A stretch of DNA of 63,389 nt, filler included, from Octopus bimaculoides (taxonomy: Eukaryota): NCBI RefSeq assembly GCF_001194135.2. It is 5 parts of 4 records of this genome, joined end to end, with 100 filler letters (N's around TTAATTAATTAA, not from the genome) between each part and the next. Parts side by side here need not be neighbours in the genome. Positions count along the whole stretch, not along the records: positions 1 to 15,115 come from NC_068998.1; 4 more parts are not named here. The stretch is one strand, 5' to 3'. A program made the translations under genes and the position numbers. The notes below the pieces were generated by a model. That model made no database searches, was not told the origin of the DNA, and saw only the letters and a list, made by a program, of their open reading frames with translations. Shown one piece after another: positions 1 to 10,529 of the stretch (the first letter of the stretch is position 1; each line of letters begins with the position of its first letter).

Positions 1-29
1 TGGGAGTTAGTTCTTAAAGCTGATTCGAT

Positions 30-130
30 ACTTGACATTAGAGAAATGAAAACAAACTTGACCTCAGCGAGACTGCAACCCCGAACGTAAACAGGGGCAG
101 ATACACCACAAAGCTTTTTGTCGACGCTTT
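30..130 (-). mobile_element. Highly degenerate SINE family A fragment
   Basis: Weak similarity to the reverse complement of the family A body (TGACCTCAGCGAGACTGCAACCCCGAACGTAAAC vs GACCTCGGCGGAATTTGAACTCAGAACGTAAAG). Confidence 0.4.
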
Positions 131-619
131 AATTCTTTTGTCACTTCAGCCCTGAAAAGCTTAAAAATTACAATAGATGTTCTCCATCCCGAAATGATTT
201 TGCTGTTATTATTTTTTTTTTTTGTTATTCTTGACGTTTTGTTATTTCGTCCCAAGTTAGTGACAATTCAACAAATATTCAAGTCATGAACTGACTGTCT
301 TTTCTGCGAAATCATTTACAATTTATGTTAGATGTTTTGGATTCAAGTACTCCAATAATGTCTGAAAATAATCTATAGCTTTAGTTGTCTCCCCACATTC
401 TTTAAAAATGAGACAAAGGAAATTTGGCGGCTATTTCTAGCAAGCGGTGCAACTGTGTAGAGACTCCTTTAATGTGAAGATATCAGATATGAATCTGACA
501 CCGGTTGATAAGGTTTATTGCAATCTTCAGAAAACACCAGTGTTTAAAGAATTACACTTGGCCGCTGGCCGCCAACTGCAGCATCCAAATAGGCTGCTCC
601 TTTCATAAACTTAACATAC

Positions 620-685
620 CTTCGAATACAGCAAACACACCTACATAAAGTAGCCGTTCTGTCCTTTGCTGCTGCCTTTGCTTGG
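620..685 (-). CDS. Candidate 66-nt internal exon of an unidentified gene
   Basis: Minus-strand acceptor TACTACTTTTCAG| and donor GAAG|GTATGT. Two frames are open (KQRQQQRTERLLYVGVFAVFE or QAKAAAKDRTATLCRCVCCIR). No homology recognised. Confidence 0.25.
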
Positions 686-1736
686 CTGAAAAGTAGTACA
701 TCATTTCTACGAACTGCTTCGATTGTACTTGTGCGATTTAGCAAGATACGTCTTAAGAGATTGGAAAACTGATATTAATGCAGAAGGTGAAAATTTTGAA
801 TACATCCACGTACAACATCGACTTTATGGACATTGATTGTATGGAGCCTCCTATAATCTGCATAAATTTAAATAAACTTCAAATTTAAATAGTGGAGTAG
901 CCAAGATAAAGAGGTACAATTAGCCATTTCCTCCAACCGAAAGCTAGAGTAGTGGTTATATAACCTCGCCTTAGAATTCACTTCAAAATAAACATGTAGC
1001 TCACGCGGTCGCCAGACAAGTTTACGGTCACCTTGCAAGAACTGCTCAGCTTATACTTGTACGATTCAGTAAGATATGTCTTAGGAAAATTGGAAAACTG
1101 GCATTGGTGTAGAAAGTGGAACGTTTTTAATAGATCAGTTTTAACAACTCCGTCAGTAATATATGTGTAGGCTTGAAAATACTCAAGGAACTCCTGTAAC
1201 TGTTTCATTCTTAACCGATGTCATGTCTCCGTCGTAGGAACGAGCAGATTCAGTGGCGTGATTTGAACTATTCGATACTCAATCAGCAATCCATTCGATA
1301 ACTCCTGTATTCAACTGAGTGATTCACGGCAATAATATATGATAAATAAATAAAATATAAAAAAAAACTAACAAAACAACTAGTAACAAACAATTTATTT
1401 TCATTTAAAACACAAGGAAATGTAAAATCACAATCTGTGTGTGTGTGATGCAGTTTCTTTTCACCTTATGTTAGACATTACGATTAACAGAATTTATCGC
1501 GATTTTGTTCCAGTTAGTTTCCGTTTCCTTTGCCCAAGACACTGAAAAGAATAAAAGAAAACAAAAGAATTTAGACTGAAGTTTATTAAACATTGTACTT
1601 CTTGTATTGTTTATCGAATAAGAAATGCCGTCATGTATCGTAACGTTTAGCACAAGATTTATCTTTTACATTGAAATTCTCAAAGTTCATCTAAAAATTA
1701 AAAAAATCAGTCTCCGTTTAATATTTCATTCACAGA

Positions 1737-1800
1737 AAGGCGGCGAGCGGACAGAAACGTTAGCACGCCGTGCGAAATGCTTAGCAGTATTTCGTCTGTG
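1737..1800 (+). mobile_element. SINE family A, 5' head only
   Basis: AAGGCGGCGAGCGGACAGAAACGTTAGCACGCCGTGCGAAATGCTTAGCAGTATTTCGTCTG matches the head of the full copies. Confidence 0.8.
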
Positions 1801-1984
1801 TGAGTTTGGATTTATTGGTAATTATTATGGAAGTGCGTCTGTATAGTAAGTGCAAGTTTCTATTGACTGTTTTTTGTGTTATTTCCTGTTATAATTATTG
1901 TTCTTGTTATAATTATTTGTGTAATGGTCTTCGTTCGAAAACTATCGTGTGTTTTCCCTTGTTGGGGGAAACATTAATTGCTGG

Positions 1985-2600
1985 CAAGATGCCGAAAAGT
2001 GTAACTTGGTCTGGCGAGGAGTCGTCAACCGACAGGGAGGCAAAAAAATTGAAAGTTTAATATTTGGCGATATTTCGGATTCTTCTGAAAGTGAATTTCC
2101 CCAACCATTAAAATAACAAATGTTGTGCGTGCGTGCGTGTGTATACATTGTGTATTGACTTACATTTTACAGGCTGCGCCACACAAGAACGCCCAGAAAT
2201 TTGTCTGATGTGATTAATTACATCGATGACTGTAAGAGAAATTAGAACAAATGTTGAATAATGATGTTTCTAATGTTGGATTTTAACACAAGTAGAAGGA
2301 GTCCACACAGTTTTAGAGAGAGAATGAAGTCGGAGAACGAAAGACAGAATCGAAAGCTGCGGTATTTTATACTGGAAGCCATCAGAACTTAGAAATACAA
2401 CGTAATTTGTCATTCATGTTTAACTGAGTAACTTCGAGAATTTTAATTATAATACAGGGAAAGTCATGATGGTATTTATAATGGAGAAGTGTATGAGATT
2501 GCATGACATTCATGCCATTCTTAACGTCATAAGTTAGGTAGCAAGGAATGTAATCGAATCAGCAATCGATAATATGAAATATTGGCGATTTACAGGGTTT
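1985..2600 (+). mobile_element. Possible decayed CACTA/EnSpm-like transposase remnant
   Basis: Acidic stretch IFGDISDSSESEF, then HDGIYNGEVYE near 2465-2500, which resembles the DIYDGxxY motif. Frames are broken. Confidence 0.25.
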
Positions 2601-2619
2601 TAGCGGTAAGCAGAATAAT

Positions 2620-2765
2620 TATTTCTAATTTCGGTACGAGGCCAGCAAATTGTTGAGGGAAAAAGGAAGTCGATTATGTCAACCTCAGTGCTCAACTAGT
2701 ACTTGTCTTATCGATTCCGAACCGATCAAAAGCAAAATAGCCTCAGCAGAATTTGAACTTAGAAG
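2620..2765 (-). mobile_element. Degenerate SINE family A
   Basis: Contains CCTCAGTGCTCAACTAGTACTT and GCAGAATTTGAACTTAGAA (reverse B box). Confidence 0.65.
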
Positions 2766-3153
2766 AAATTCCGCTGTTGTTGTTGCTGTTGCTGTTGCTG
2801 TTTTTGCAACTCGAGCAAACCTAGCAACAAATTTTCCATACATTTACGATTTTTCGTAAAATTCGAACACCAACTCTCTTCATTTATAATGACTAGGTTA
2901 TTTCATTTGTCCCGTGGATGGGGTGTACCATTATTACTAATTTCCTACAACAAATACAGAAATGCGATCGGTTGGACAGTTGAAGCACGTAATAAAAAAT
3001 ATGATATCGGCGAGTCGTGTTTTGAAGGAGAGCGTGAGTAGTTTGTTAAGAAATATCGTTGTTTGAAATTGTTGAAGAATTGTGGCTGTTATTTTTGTTC
3101 CTGTTTCATTTGAATTATTTTGTTGTTGGAAGTCATTGCTGTAGTTGTTTCAA

Positions 3154-3958
3154 ATGACTACCAGCGACGCAGCTGCTGTTGCCAGCGGCCGGCCATCCAG
3201 CGACATGGGGATGAGAGAAGTTAACGTTAAAATGGAAAACTTGAAGAGACATTTTAAGTATTTGAAGAAGGAAGGAGACTGTTTGCGGGTTAATCCACCC
3301 AAAGAAATAATGGAGGAAGCCGAGAGAAAAATTATTACATATAAAACTTTGAATATTGGCTCCAAGAAAATCGAAATTGCGGAGACAGAAGTGATTGAGA
3401 ATTGTTTGAAAGAAATTATGGAGGAAGTTGTACTATTTATGAGAGGAAGGAAATACGGAACGGTGAAGGTTTATTTCAAGACGGAGGAAAGAGCAAAGAA
3501 GTACTCTACCATGCCTTTGAGAACAGAAGAGCGGGCCCTTTTACCAGTATATTGCGGCAGAAGGGCGGCGAGAATAAGAATTGGTAGAGTACCGCTAGAA
3601 ATAGACATGGAATGGTTGGTAGCAGCGGTGATTTGCAAGTGTAAAGACGAAGTGAAAATAATTAAGGTGGAAAGGTCAAAAGAAATCAAATGGTGGGGTT
3701 TTGGGGTAGAAATTCTAACCCACATTACCCTACCGGACCTACATAATATCGCAGAGGAGTTGGTGCTCCCCGATGACACCCGACTGAGGATCGTGGTGGA
3801 GGGAAGGCCACCCGCATGCTACAAATGCGGAAGTAGAGGACACATGCAGGCGGTGTGTCCTCGCAGAGAGATAATTGTAGAAGAAAACGAAGGAGAAGAA
3901 ACGGGGGTATGTGAAGAGGAATTGGTGGAGACCGAACAGGAGGAGGTAGAAGAAAAGC
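3154..3958 (+). CDS. L1/Tx1-type LINE ORF1 (gag-like) with CCHC zinc knuckle; runs into an N gap
   Basis: ATG at 3154 and an uninterrupted frame. RIVVEGRPPACYKCGSRGHMQAVCP gives C-x2-C-x4-H-x4-C at 3817-3858, followed by a Glu-rich tail, typical of L1/Tx1 ORF1p. Confidence 0.8.
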
Positions 3959-4337
3959 NNNNNNNNNNNNNNNNNNNNNNNNNNNNNNNNNNNNNNNNNN
4001 NNNNNNNNNNNNNNNNNNNNNNNNNNNNNNNNNNNNNNNNNNNNNNNNNNNNNNNNNNNNNNNNNNNNNNNNNNNNNNNNNNNNNNNNNNNNNNNNNNNN
4101 NNNNNNNNNNNNNNNNNNNNNNNNNNNNNNNNNNNNNNNNNNNNNNNNNNNNNNNNNNNNNNNNNNNNNNNNNNNNNNNNNNNNNNNNNNNNNNNNNNNN
4201 NNNNNNNNNNNNNNNNNNNNNNNNNNNNNNNNNNNNNNNNNNNNNNNNNNNNNNNNNNNNNNNNNNNNNNNNNNNNNNNNNNNNNNNNNNNNNNNNNNNN
4301 NNNNGCAATAGTGGTAGAGGAATGTATAGTGAAGAAG

Positions 4338-4564
4338 GCGAGCTGGCAGAAACGTTAGCACGCTGGGCGAAATTCTTAGTGGTATTTCGTCTGCTGCTAC
4401 GTTCTGAGTTCAAATTCCGCCGAGGTCGACTTAGCCTTTCATCCATTCGGGGTCGATTAAATAAGTACCAGTTACGCACTGGGGTCGATGTAATCGACTT
4501 AATCCGTTTGTCTGTTCTTGTTTGTCCCCTCTATGTTTAGCCCCTTGTAGGCAATAAAGAATAT
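4338..4564 (+). mobile_element. Full-length SINE family A (tail X) with 18-bp TSD
   Basis: tRNA-like A box TGGCAGAAACGTTAG and B box GAGTTCAAATTCC. Flanked by GAATGTATAGTGAAGAAG at 4320-4337 and 4565-4582. Confidence 0.92.
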
Positions 4565-4934
4565 GAATGTATAGTGAAGAAGCTGCGAGAAGCGAACAGA
4601 TTTGATTTCCAACGAAGTGGATTGTATGTGGGTTATAAACACCTTACCAAGCGTAGTAACGACGGAGGAATTGAGGCCACAAATAATCATGAATGAACCG
4701 TAGAAGAAAATAAACTGTATAAGAACTGTATAAGAAGACTGTTAAATGAAACTGCGAGCTTTGGAGGACTCGTAAGCCATTCCATCATCATACTGTAAGT
4801 TACTCATTTCATTTTATCATTCGCTTTATGTACCCCACGTTTTGTATTGTAATGTCTGTCCTTGTATGTCCCCCCCTCTTTGTAATGAGACCTTAGTGCC
4901 TATAATAAAGATAAAAACTAGAATAATAATAGTA

Positions 4935-5155
4935 ATAATTCTTTCTACAATTGTCACAAAGCCTGAACTTTTAGGGGAGGTGGGGGCTAGTCCATTACAT
5001 TGAGCCCCGTTCTCAACTGGTACTTCTATTATCAACACCAGCATGATGAAAAGTAAAGTAGAACTCGGCAGAATTTGAACTCGGAATATAAATCCGGAAG
5101 AAATGCCGCTAAGCATTTTGTTTAGCATGCTAACGATTCTGCTAGGCTGCCGCCT
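4935..5155 (-). mobile_element. SINE family A (tail Y)
   Basis: Reverse head GCTAACGATTCTGCTAGGCTGCCGCCTT and reverse B box GAATTTGAACTC. Confidence 0.8.
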
Positions 5156-7234
5156 TAAACATTATTATTGTAAGCGTGGTGGACTAGCAAATTCGAGAAG
5201 ACCATTATTTTGTCACAACTGCAAAAACTTTTGGTAACGGACAAATCTGCCCGACCGGCGTTGACCTAGGGTTAAACAACAACAACAACAATGTCATACT
5301 ATCATAACTGTATCATTCTGATACACAAAATATTTCTATAAGGATTTGCTTTTACTTACCATTAAGTCTTTTGTCGACCTCCTCATCATAGAGGCTGGCA
5401 GAGAAGACGATGGGAAGCAACACTAAAAACAAAAGGACGAGCTTCATGTCTAAAAAATAAAAATAAACGACAGACAGACAGACAAATCGATAGATAGATA
5501 GATAAGGTCTTACTAGAGTATGTCAATTTGAAGTTCTAGGCTAGAAAGAAGAAATAAGGAAAGTCATTGAAATGTACTAAAAACTACAAGCAAAACTCAC
5601 TGAAATGTATGTGGGATACAATTTGTTAAAAAAAGGGAGCAAGGGGTTTTATATAGTAAATTATTTTTGACTAACATCTGTATTTTCTCATATCTCTGTA
5701 AACTTTACGAAATCAGCTGAACCAAGTTAATTAAAGATAAGTTTTGAGAGAAATAGACTCACAGCTGTTTAGTTTCCAGCAATATCGCCGTAAACTATAA
5801 ATATTTGGTTTGCAACTTTAGGGGGTTAATCAGTCGTGTTTGTTTTTGTTTTTTCTGGTGTACAAACTACCACTGGGCATTTTCAAATATAAGTCTAGTT
5901 TTTCAAAACCGAGACAAAGTCAACTGGACTGACATGAAGGTACTTGTGCATAAGGAAATTGTCACCCTCATTGTCCTGTNNNNNNNNNNNNNNNNNNNNN
6001 NNNNNNNNNNNNNNNNNNNNNNNNNNNNNNNNNNNNNNNNNNNNNNNNNNNNNNNNNNNNNNNNNNNNNNNNNNNNNNNNNNNNNNNNNNNNNNNNNNNN
6101 NNNNNNNNNNNNNNNNNNNNNGATCTAAAAGGATTACAGAGGTTCATAACATATCCTGTCCACTTACAAAGTACGCGTTGTGAGATGGCATGGTGGTTGA
6201 CCACTAATTAGCCCGATCACGAAGCCCTGTGATCAAAAGGCGCTCCGACCATGATCACCTCATCTTCTTTGCTTTTCGCATACAACGTGTTTAGTATTTA
6301 CATAAGGCGACCATCAGTCGAAGTTGACCATATTCTGCACAAGTATATGCTGGTCTATTACCATCGAAGAGAAGGTAACTCCGCATACAAATCCTGCATC
6401 TCGATAACTACTGGGTTCGTCACACTATTTCCACCACAACAATACAAGCATGGGGAACGAGAGATTGGATTGGCTCTGCACGAACCAAGCCTACTATAAC
6501 ATTCATCGTGCAGATTGTTCAGAAAACCAAGACACCAGCACAGAGCGCTTTCAAACTTTCTTCATAACTCTCGCGGCGAAGAACTTCGTACAACTGTATC
6601 TTGTTCAATCCTTATTCGTAGGAGCGACGAGAGAATGTAAGATAAAATGAGCTCTGATCAATCAACCCAATAAACGAAAGGCAATTCAACTGTGACCAAC
6701 TTATCATCTTTGCTTTTCACTTACCGTGTGTCTAAGGTTTCTATGGTCGAAGTTGACCGTGCACCTCTGTACATGAATATGCTGACCATGGTAAGCTATC
6801 TTCTATAAGACTGGTAGTTAATTATACATGCGAATCGCTCTTCGCTATGCCAATGGTGGTTATTCAAAGAAAAATCCGCCGCCTTGGGCTGATCTATCAG
6901 TCTCACCGCAGGCATTTATGTCAAACGATGACACAAGACATATTGTCTGATCCTCTCACTGCTCCGCCAACCCGTTGCTTTAATTTGCTTGAAGCCAGTG
7001 CATCTTATCTCAATTCACTTTCGAATTCAAATGGTAACTGAAGAATTTGATGAGGTTTTTTTTTTTTTTATCGGAAAAGAAACGCTTTGTCCTTCTCAAT
7101 TTCGACGTCTTCTTTCATTATTGCTGCAAGATTTAGTAAAATTACCTACTCCTCCATGCTAATAGAAGGGTCTTTATAATGTGAACCGGTTCCTGGAAAC
7201 TGTGGATAGTTGCAGAGGAATTTATTTTTCGTAT

Positions 7235-7720
7235 TCTTTACTCTTTTATTTGTTTCAGTCATTTGACCGCGGCCTTGCTGGAGCACCGCCTTTAGTCGAA
7301 CAAATCGACCCCAGGACTTATTCTTTGTNNNNNNNNNNATTTGTTTCAGTCATTTGACCGCGGCCTTGCTGGAGCACCGCCTTTAGTCGAACAAATCGAC
7401 CCCAGGACTTATTCTTTGTAAGCTTAGTACTTAATCTATCGGTCTCTTTTGCCGTCCTGCTAGGTTGTGGGGGATGTAAACACACTAACATCGGTTGTCA
7501 AACGATGGTGAGGGACACAAACACACACACACACACACACAAAAATATATATATATATATACGACAGGCTTCTTTCAGTTTCCATCTACCAAATCTATTC
7601 ACAAGGCTTTGGTCGGACCGAGGCTATAATAGAAGACACTTGCCCACGGTGCCACGCAGTATGACTGAACCCGGAAACCATTTGGTTGGGAAGCAAGTTT
7701 CTTACCACACAGCCACGCCA
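7235..7720 (-). mobile_element. SINE family B (tRNA head, CORE-like box, internal CA/TA microsatellite)
   Basis: Reverse complement has a head GTGGCTGTGTGGTAAG...CCGGGTTCAGTC, the box GGCACCGTGGGCAAGTGTCTTCT, an internal (TA)n/(TG)n and a conserved 3' half. Confidence 0.85.
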
Positions 7721-8319
7721 AGAATAATACAATTTTTCTTTATTTACTAATACACATTTTAAAAAGACGAAAAATAAAAGAAAGAAAAAAGCGGAAGACG
7801 GAGAGGGAGGGGCGATGGGCCACACGTCCCAGAACAAGTGGGGTGCTCAGCCCCGCCCTGTAATAAAGACCGCGATGGTGTTGCCGCGGAGATTGGTCAG
7901 TGACACTCACTGCAGTAGCCACTCCTCCTCGCGGGGCTCATTTCTCCAACGGGGCGCCGCTATCCCTATTTTGCTGTACGCATTTTTACATATAGTTGCC
8001 GATCGCTCTGCTATATATTAATATATAAAACTTGTCTGGAACTAGCGGTATATCCATACATATCAGTATGGCATTGCCACATCAAAGATTCGAAATTTAA
8101 TCATAATTTTCCACACTGTTTACTTTCCAGGGTCCAAAAGACAATAATGCCAATTGACTGTATTCCGTGGATTGAACAAGCATTGCGAAGAGAAAACAAA
8201 ACTCTCTGAACTGAAATAGAGGAAACCTAGAGGAGGGACGCAGATGAAACGTTTCAAAAACATTCGGAAAGGAAAAATAAAAAAAATAAAAGAAACTAAC
8301 TTTTCTACCAACAGTTTCT

Positions 8320-8489
8320 TTTATCTTTTACTTGTTTCAGTTATTAGACTTCGGCCATGCTGGGGCACCACCTTGAGAAATTTTAATCGAATGAATCGAT
8401 CCCAGTACGAATGCTTTAAAGCCTAGTACTTTTACGGGGGTGTATTCAGCTCAACACCAGTAGTCAAACCGTGGTGACACACACACACA

Positions 8490-8532
<43 letters not shown>

Positions 8533-8686
8533 GACGGGCTTCTTTCAGTTTCCGTCTACTAGATCCACTTACAAAGTTTTCGCCGGCCTGAGGTTATAGT
8601 AGAAGACACTTGGCCAGGGTGCCTCACAGCAGGACTGAACCCGGAACCATGTAGTTGGGAATCAAACTTCTTACCACACAGACACA
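8320..8686 (-). mobile_element. SINE family B
   Basis: Same architecture as 7235-7720, with an internal (TA)n tract. Confidence 0.85.
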
Positions 8687-9059
8687 CGTGGGATGTTAGG
8701 ACATCTTTGAATTATCTCATTTATCAAAAAGTTGACCACTATGAAGGCCTCCTAATCGAAATTATGAAGCCAAGAAGATGAAAAGAATGGGCCCAACTAT
8801 TAACATCTATCTCTCTCTCTCTCTCCTCTGTTTTTCCCTATCCTCTCTCTCCTAGCTTGTTCTGCCCAATCTATAAGAAGATCTCAGTCAATAGTATCTC
8901 ACTTATTAGCAATTTGCGCAAGTATGCCAATAACCGCCTTATCCAGAAGGCTAGCTATCATCCTAGATTTCGAAATTGCTGCGATATTATCTTCTTGTTT
9001 ACGCGCCTATACACCAGCGTCTGTATATATCTACACAAAGCTTGAAATAAATACTTAAG

Positions 9060-9277
9060 ATAAGATAAAGAGGTTTATGAAGGCGGAGCATAATACCTGA
9101 AGATTACGCTGGGAAAAACAACACGCCATTTCAAATGGTACATCGCCTCGTGTAAGTTTTCTGCATCTTTTGTTTATCGTTTCATTATATGTAAACCCGT
9201 ACACTTTATATCAGTCTTAGTATTGCACCCCTTATCCGTAGTCCTGGTATCAAATAAAAGAAACCATCATCATCATT
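9060..9277 (+). mobile_element. 3' end of an L1/Tx1-like LINE
   Basis: TTTATCGTTTCATTATATGTAAACCCGTACACTTT is nearly identical to 10405-10440. AATAAA at 9253, then a (CAT)n tail. Confidence 0.6.
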
Positions 9278-10525
9278 AAGTATGCTGTGGCTCCTAATGC
9301 ACAGACACGCTCTTAGGTGACGCCACCTGCTATGATTTCTGGACGGTGAGCGTGCGTAGGGTCCGTTTGTGGGGCTCGTCTTTCCGCAGCTCGTCTCCTT
9401 GGCGGAGTTGCAGTCCTGGGTGAAGAAAAGACCGAGACTGGGTGCTTGGCGCTTAGAATGTCGTCAGACGCGCTCACAACCCTCTACCAGTCGGACAGCT
9501 AGATCGGTGGATGCTCCACTTTAGAAATTTATAGCTGCTTAGTGGCGNNNNNNNNNNNNNNNNNNNNNNNNNNNNNNNNNNNNNNNNNNNNNNNNNNNNN
9601 NNNNNNNNNNNNNNNNNNNNNNNNNNNNNNNNNNNNNNNNNNNNNNNNNNNNNNNNNNNNNNNNNNNNNNNNNNNNNNNNNNNNNNNNNNNNNNNNNNNN
9701 NNNNNNNNNNNNNNNNNNNNNNNNNNNNNNNNNNNNNNNNNNNNNNNNNNNNNNNNNNNNNNNNNNNNNNNNNNNNNNNNNNNNNNNNNNNNNNNNNNNN
9801 NNNNNNNNNNNNNNNNNNNNNNNNNNNNNNNNNNNNNNNNNNNNNNNNNNNNNNNNNNNNNNNNNNNNNNNNNNNNNNNNNNNNNNNNNNNNNNNNNNNN
9901 NNNNNNNNNNNNNNNNNNNNNNNNNNNNNNNNNNNNNNNNNNNNNNNNNNNNNNNNNNNNNNNNNNNNNNNNNNNNNNNNNNNNNNNNNNNNNNNNNNNN
10001 NNNTGTTTGGTGGACAAGGCTGAAAGGCATGAGGACAGATACATTCCTCTTTGGTAGAGCTCTCATTCACTTCTTCAAGTTTCACTTGAAAAGGAAATTG
10101 AGAGAGGAGAGGGAAGTGCTGCCCTCGAATGAGTTCAATGAATGGTGGGTGAAAGTTGTGGAAATGGCAAGAGTGGATGGTACTTCTCTAAGTGTAGACC
10201 TGTGAGTCGGAGAGAAGGAATTAAAGAGGATGCTTGCTCTTGGGGTTTCAGGAAAATCTCGGACAGTGAGGTTCTTCGGTTATCCCTAGAGGCGTACCTG
10301 TATCAGGAGGGTCACATCTCTATCATTCTCCCTACTTTTTATTTTCACCTTTGCATGCTATGCATATGTTCCTTCCTTTTCAGTGTATACTTACCTTTCT
10401 TTTTTTTATCATTTCATTATATGTAAACCCCTAACACTTTGTCTGTCTTTTTATTGTCCTCCTTGCCCTTCGCCCTTGTGGCGAATAAATGAAATCATTA
10501 TTATTAGTAGTAGTAGTAGTAGTAT
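9278..10525 (+). mobile_element. 5'-truncated L1/Tx1-like LINE: ORF2 C-terminal part, 3' UTR and microsatellite tail
   Basis: Decayed frame LSMLWLLMHRHALR*RHLL*FLDGE...VFPQLVSLAELQSWVKKRPRLGAW. After the gap, VWWTRLKGMRTDTF...EFNEWWVKVVEMARVDGTSLSVDL* (stop 10203-10205). AATAAA at 10484, then (ATT)/(AGT)n. Confidence 0.7.
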
Positions 10526-10529
10526 TCAA

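Larger units (their letters stand above)
3005..4915 (+). mobile_element. ORF1-only L1/Tx1-derived element (HAL1-like), interrupted by a SINE
   Basis: 5' leader, ORF1, gap, a frame resuming after SINE removal to TGA at 4694-4696, a short 3' UTR homologous to the LINE 3' ends at 9170-9260 and 10400-10490, and AATAAA at 4904. Confidence 0.55.

Noticed and set aside
735-805. DWKTDINAEGENFEY resembling a mariner C-terminus
   Set aside because: No other mariner motif or TIR is nearby, and the segment is better explained as one of two diverged local duplicates.
4338-4420. tRNA genes at SINE heads
   Set aside because: A and B boxes are present, but there is no cloverleaf or acceptor stem and they continue into repeat bodies.
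7249-7418. Exact 80-bp tandem duplication in SINE B
   Set aside because: The copies sit on either side of a 10-N gap, a typical unmerged contig overlap.
9474-10085. Long ORFs spanning N runs (also 3739-4479, 24042-24461, 30362-31255, 53473-54101)
   Set aside because: Their length comes from undetermined bases.
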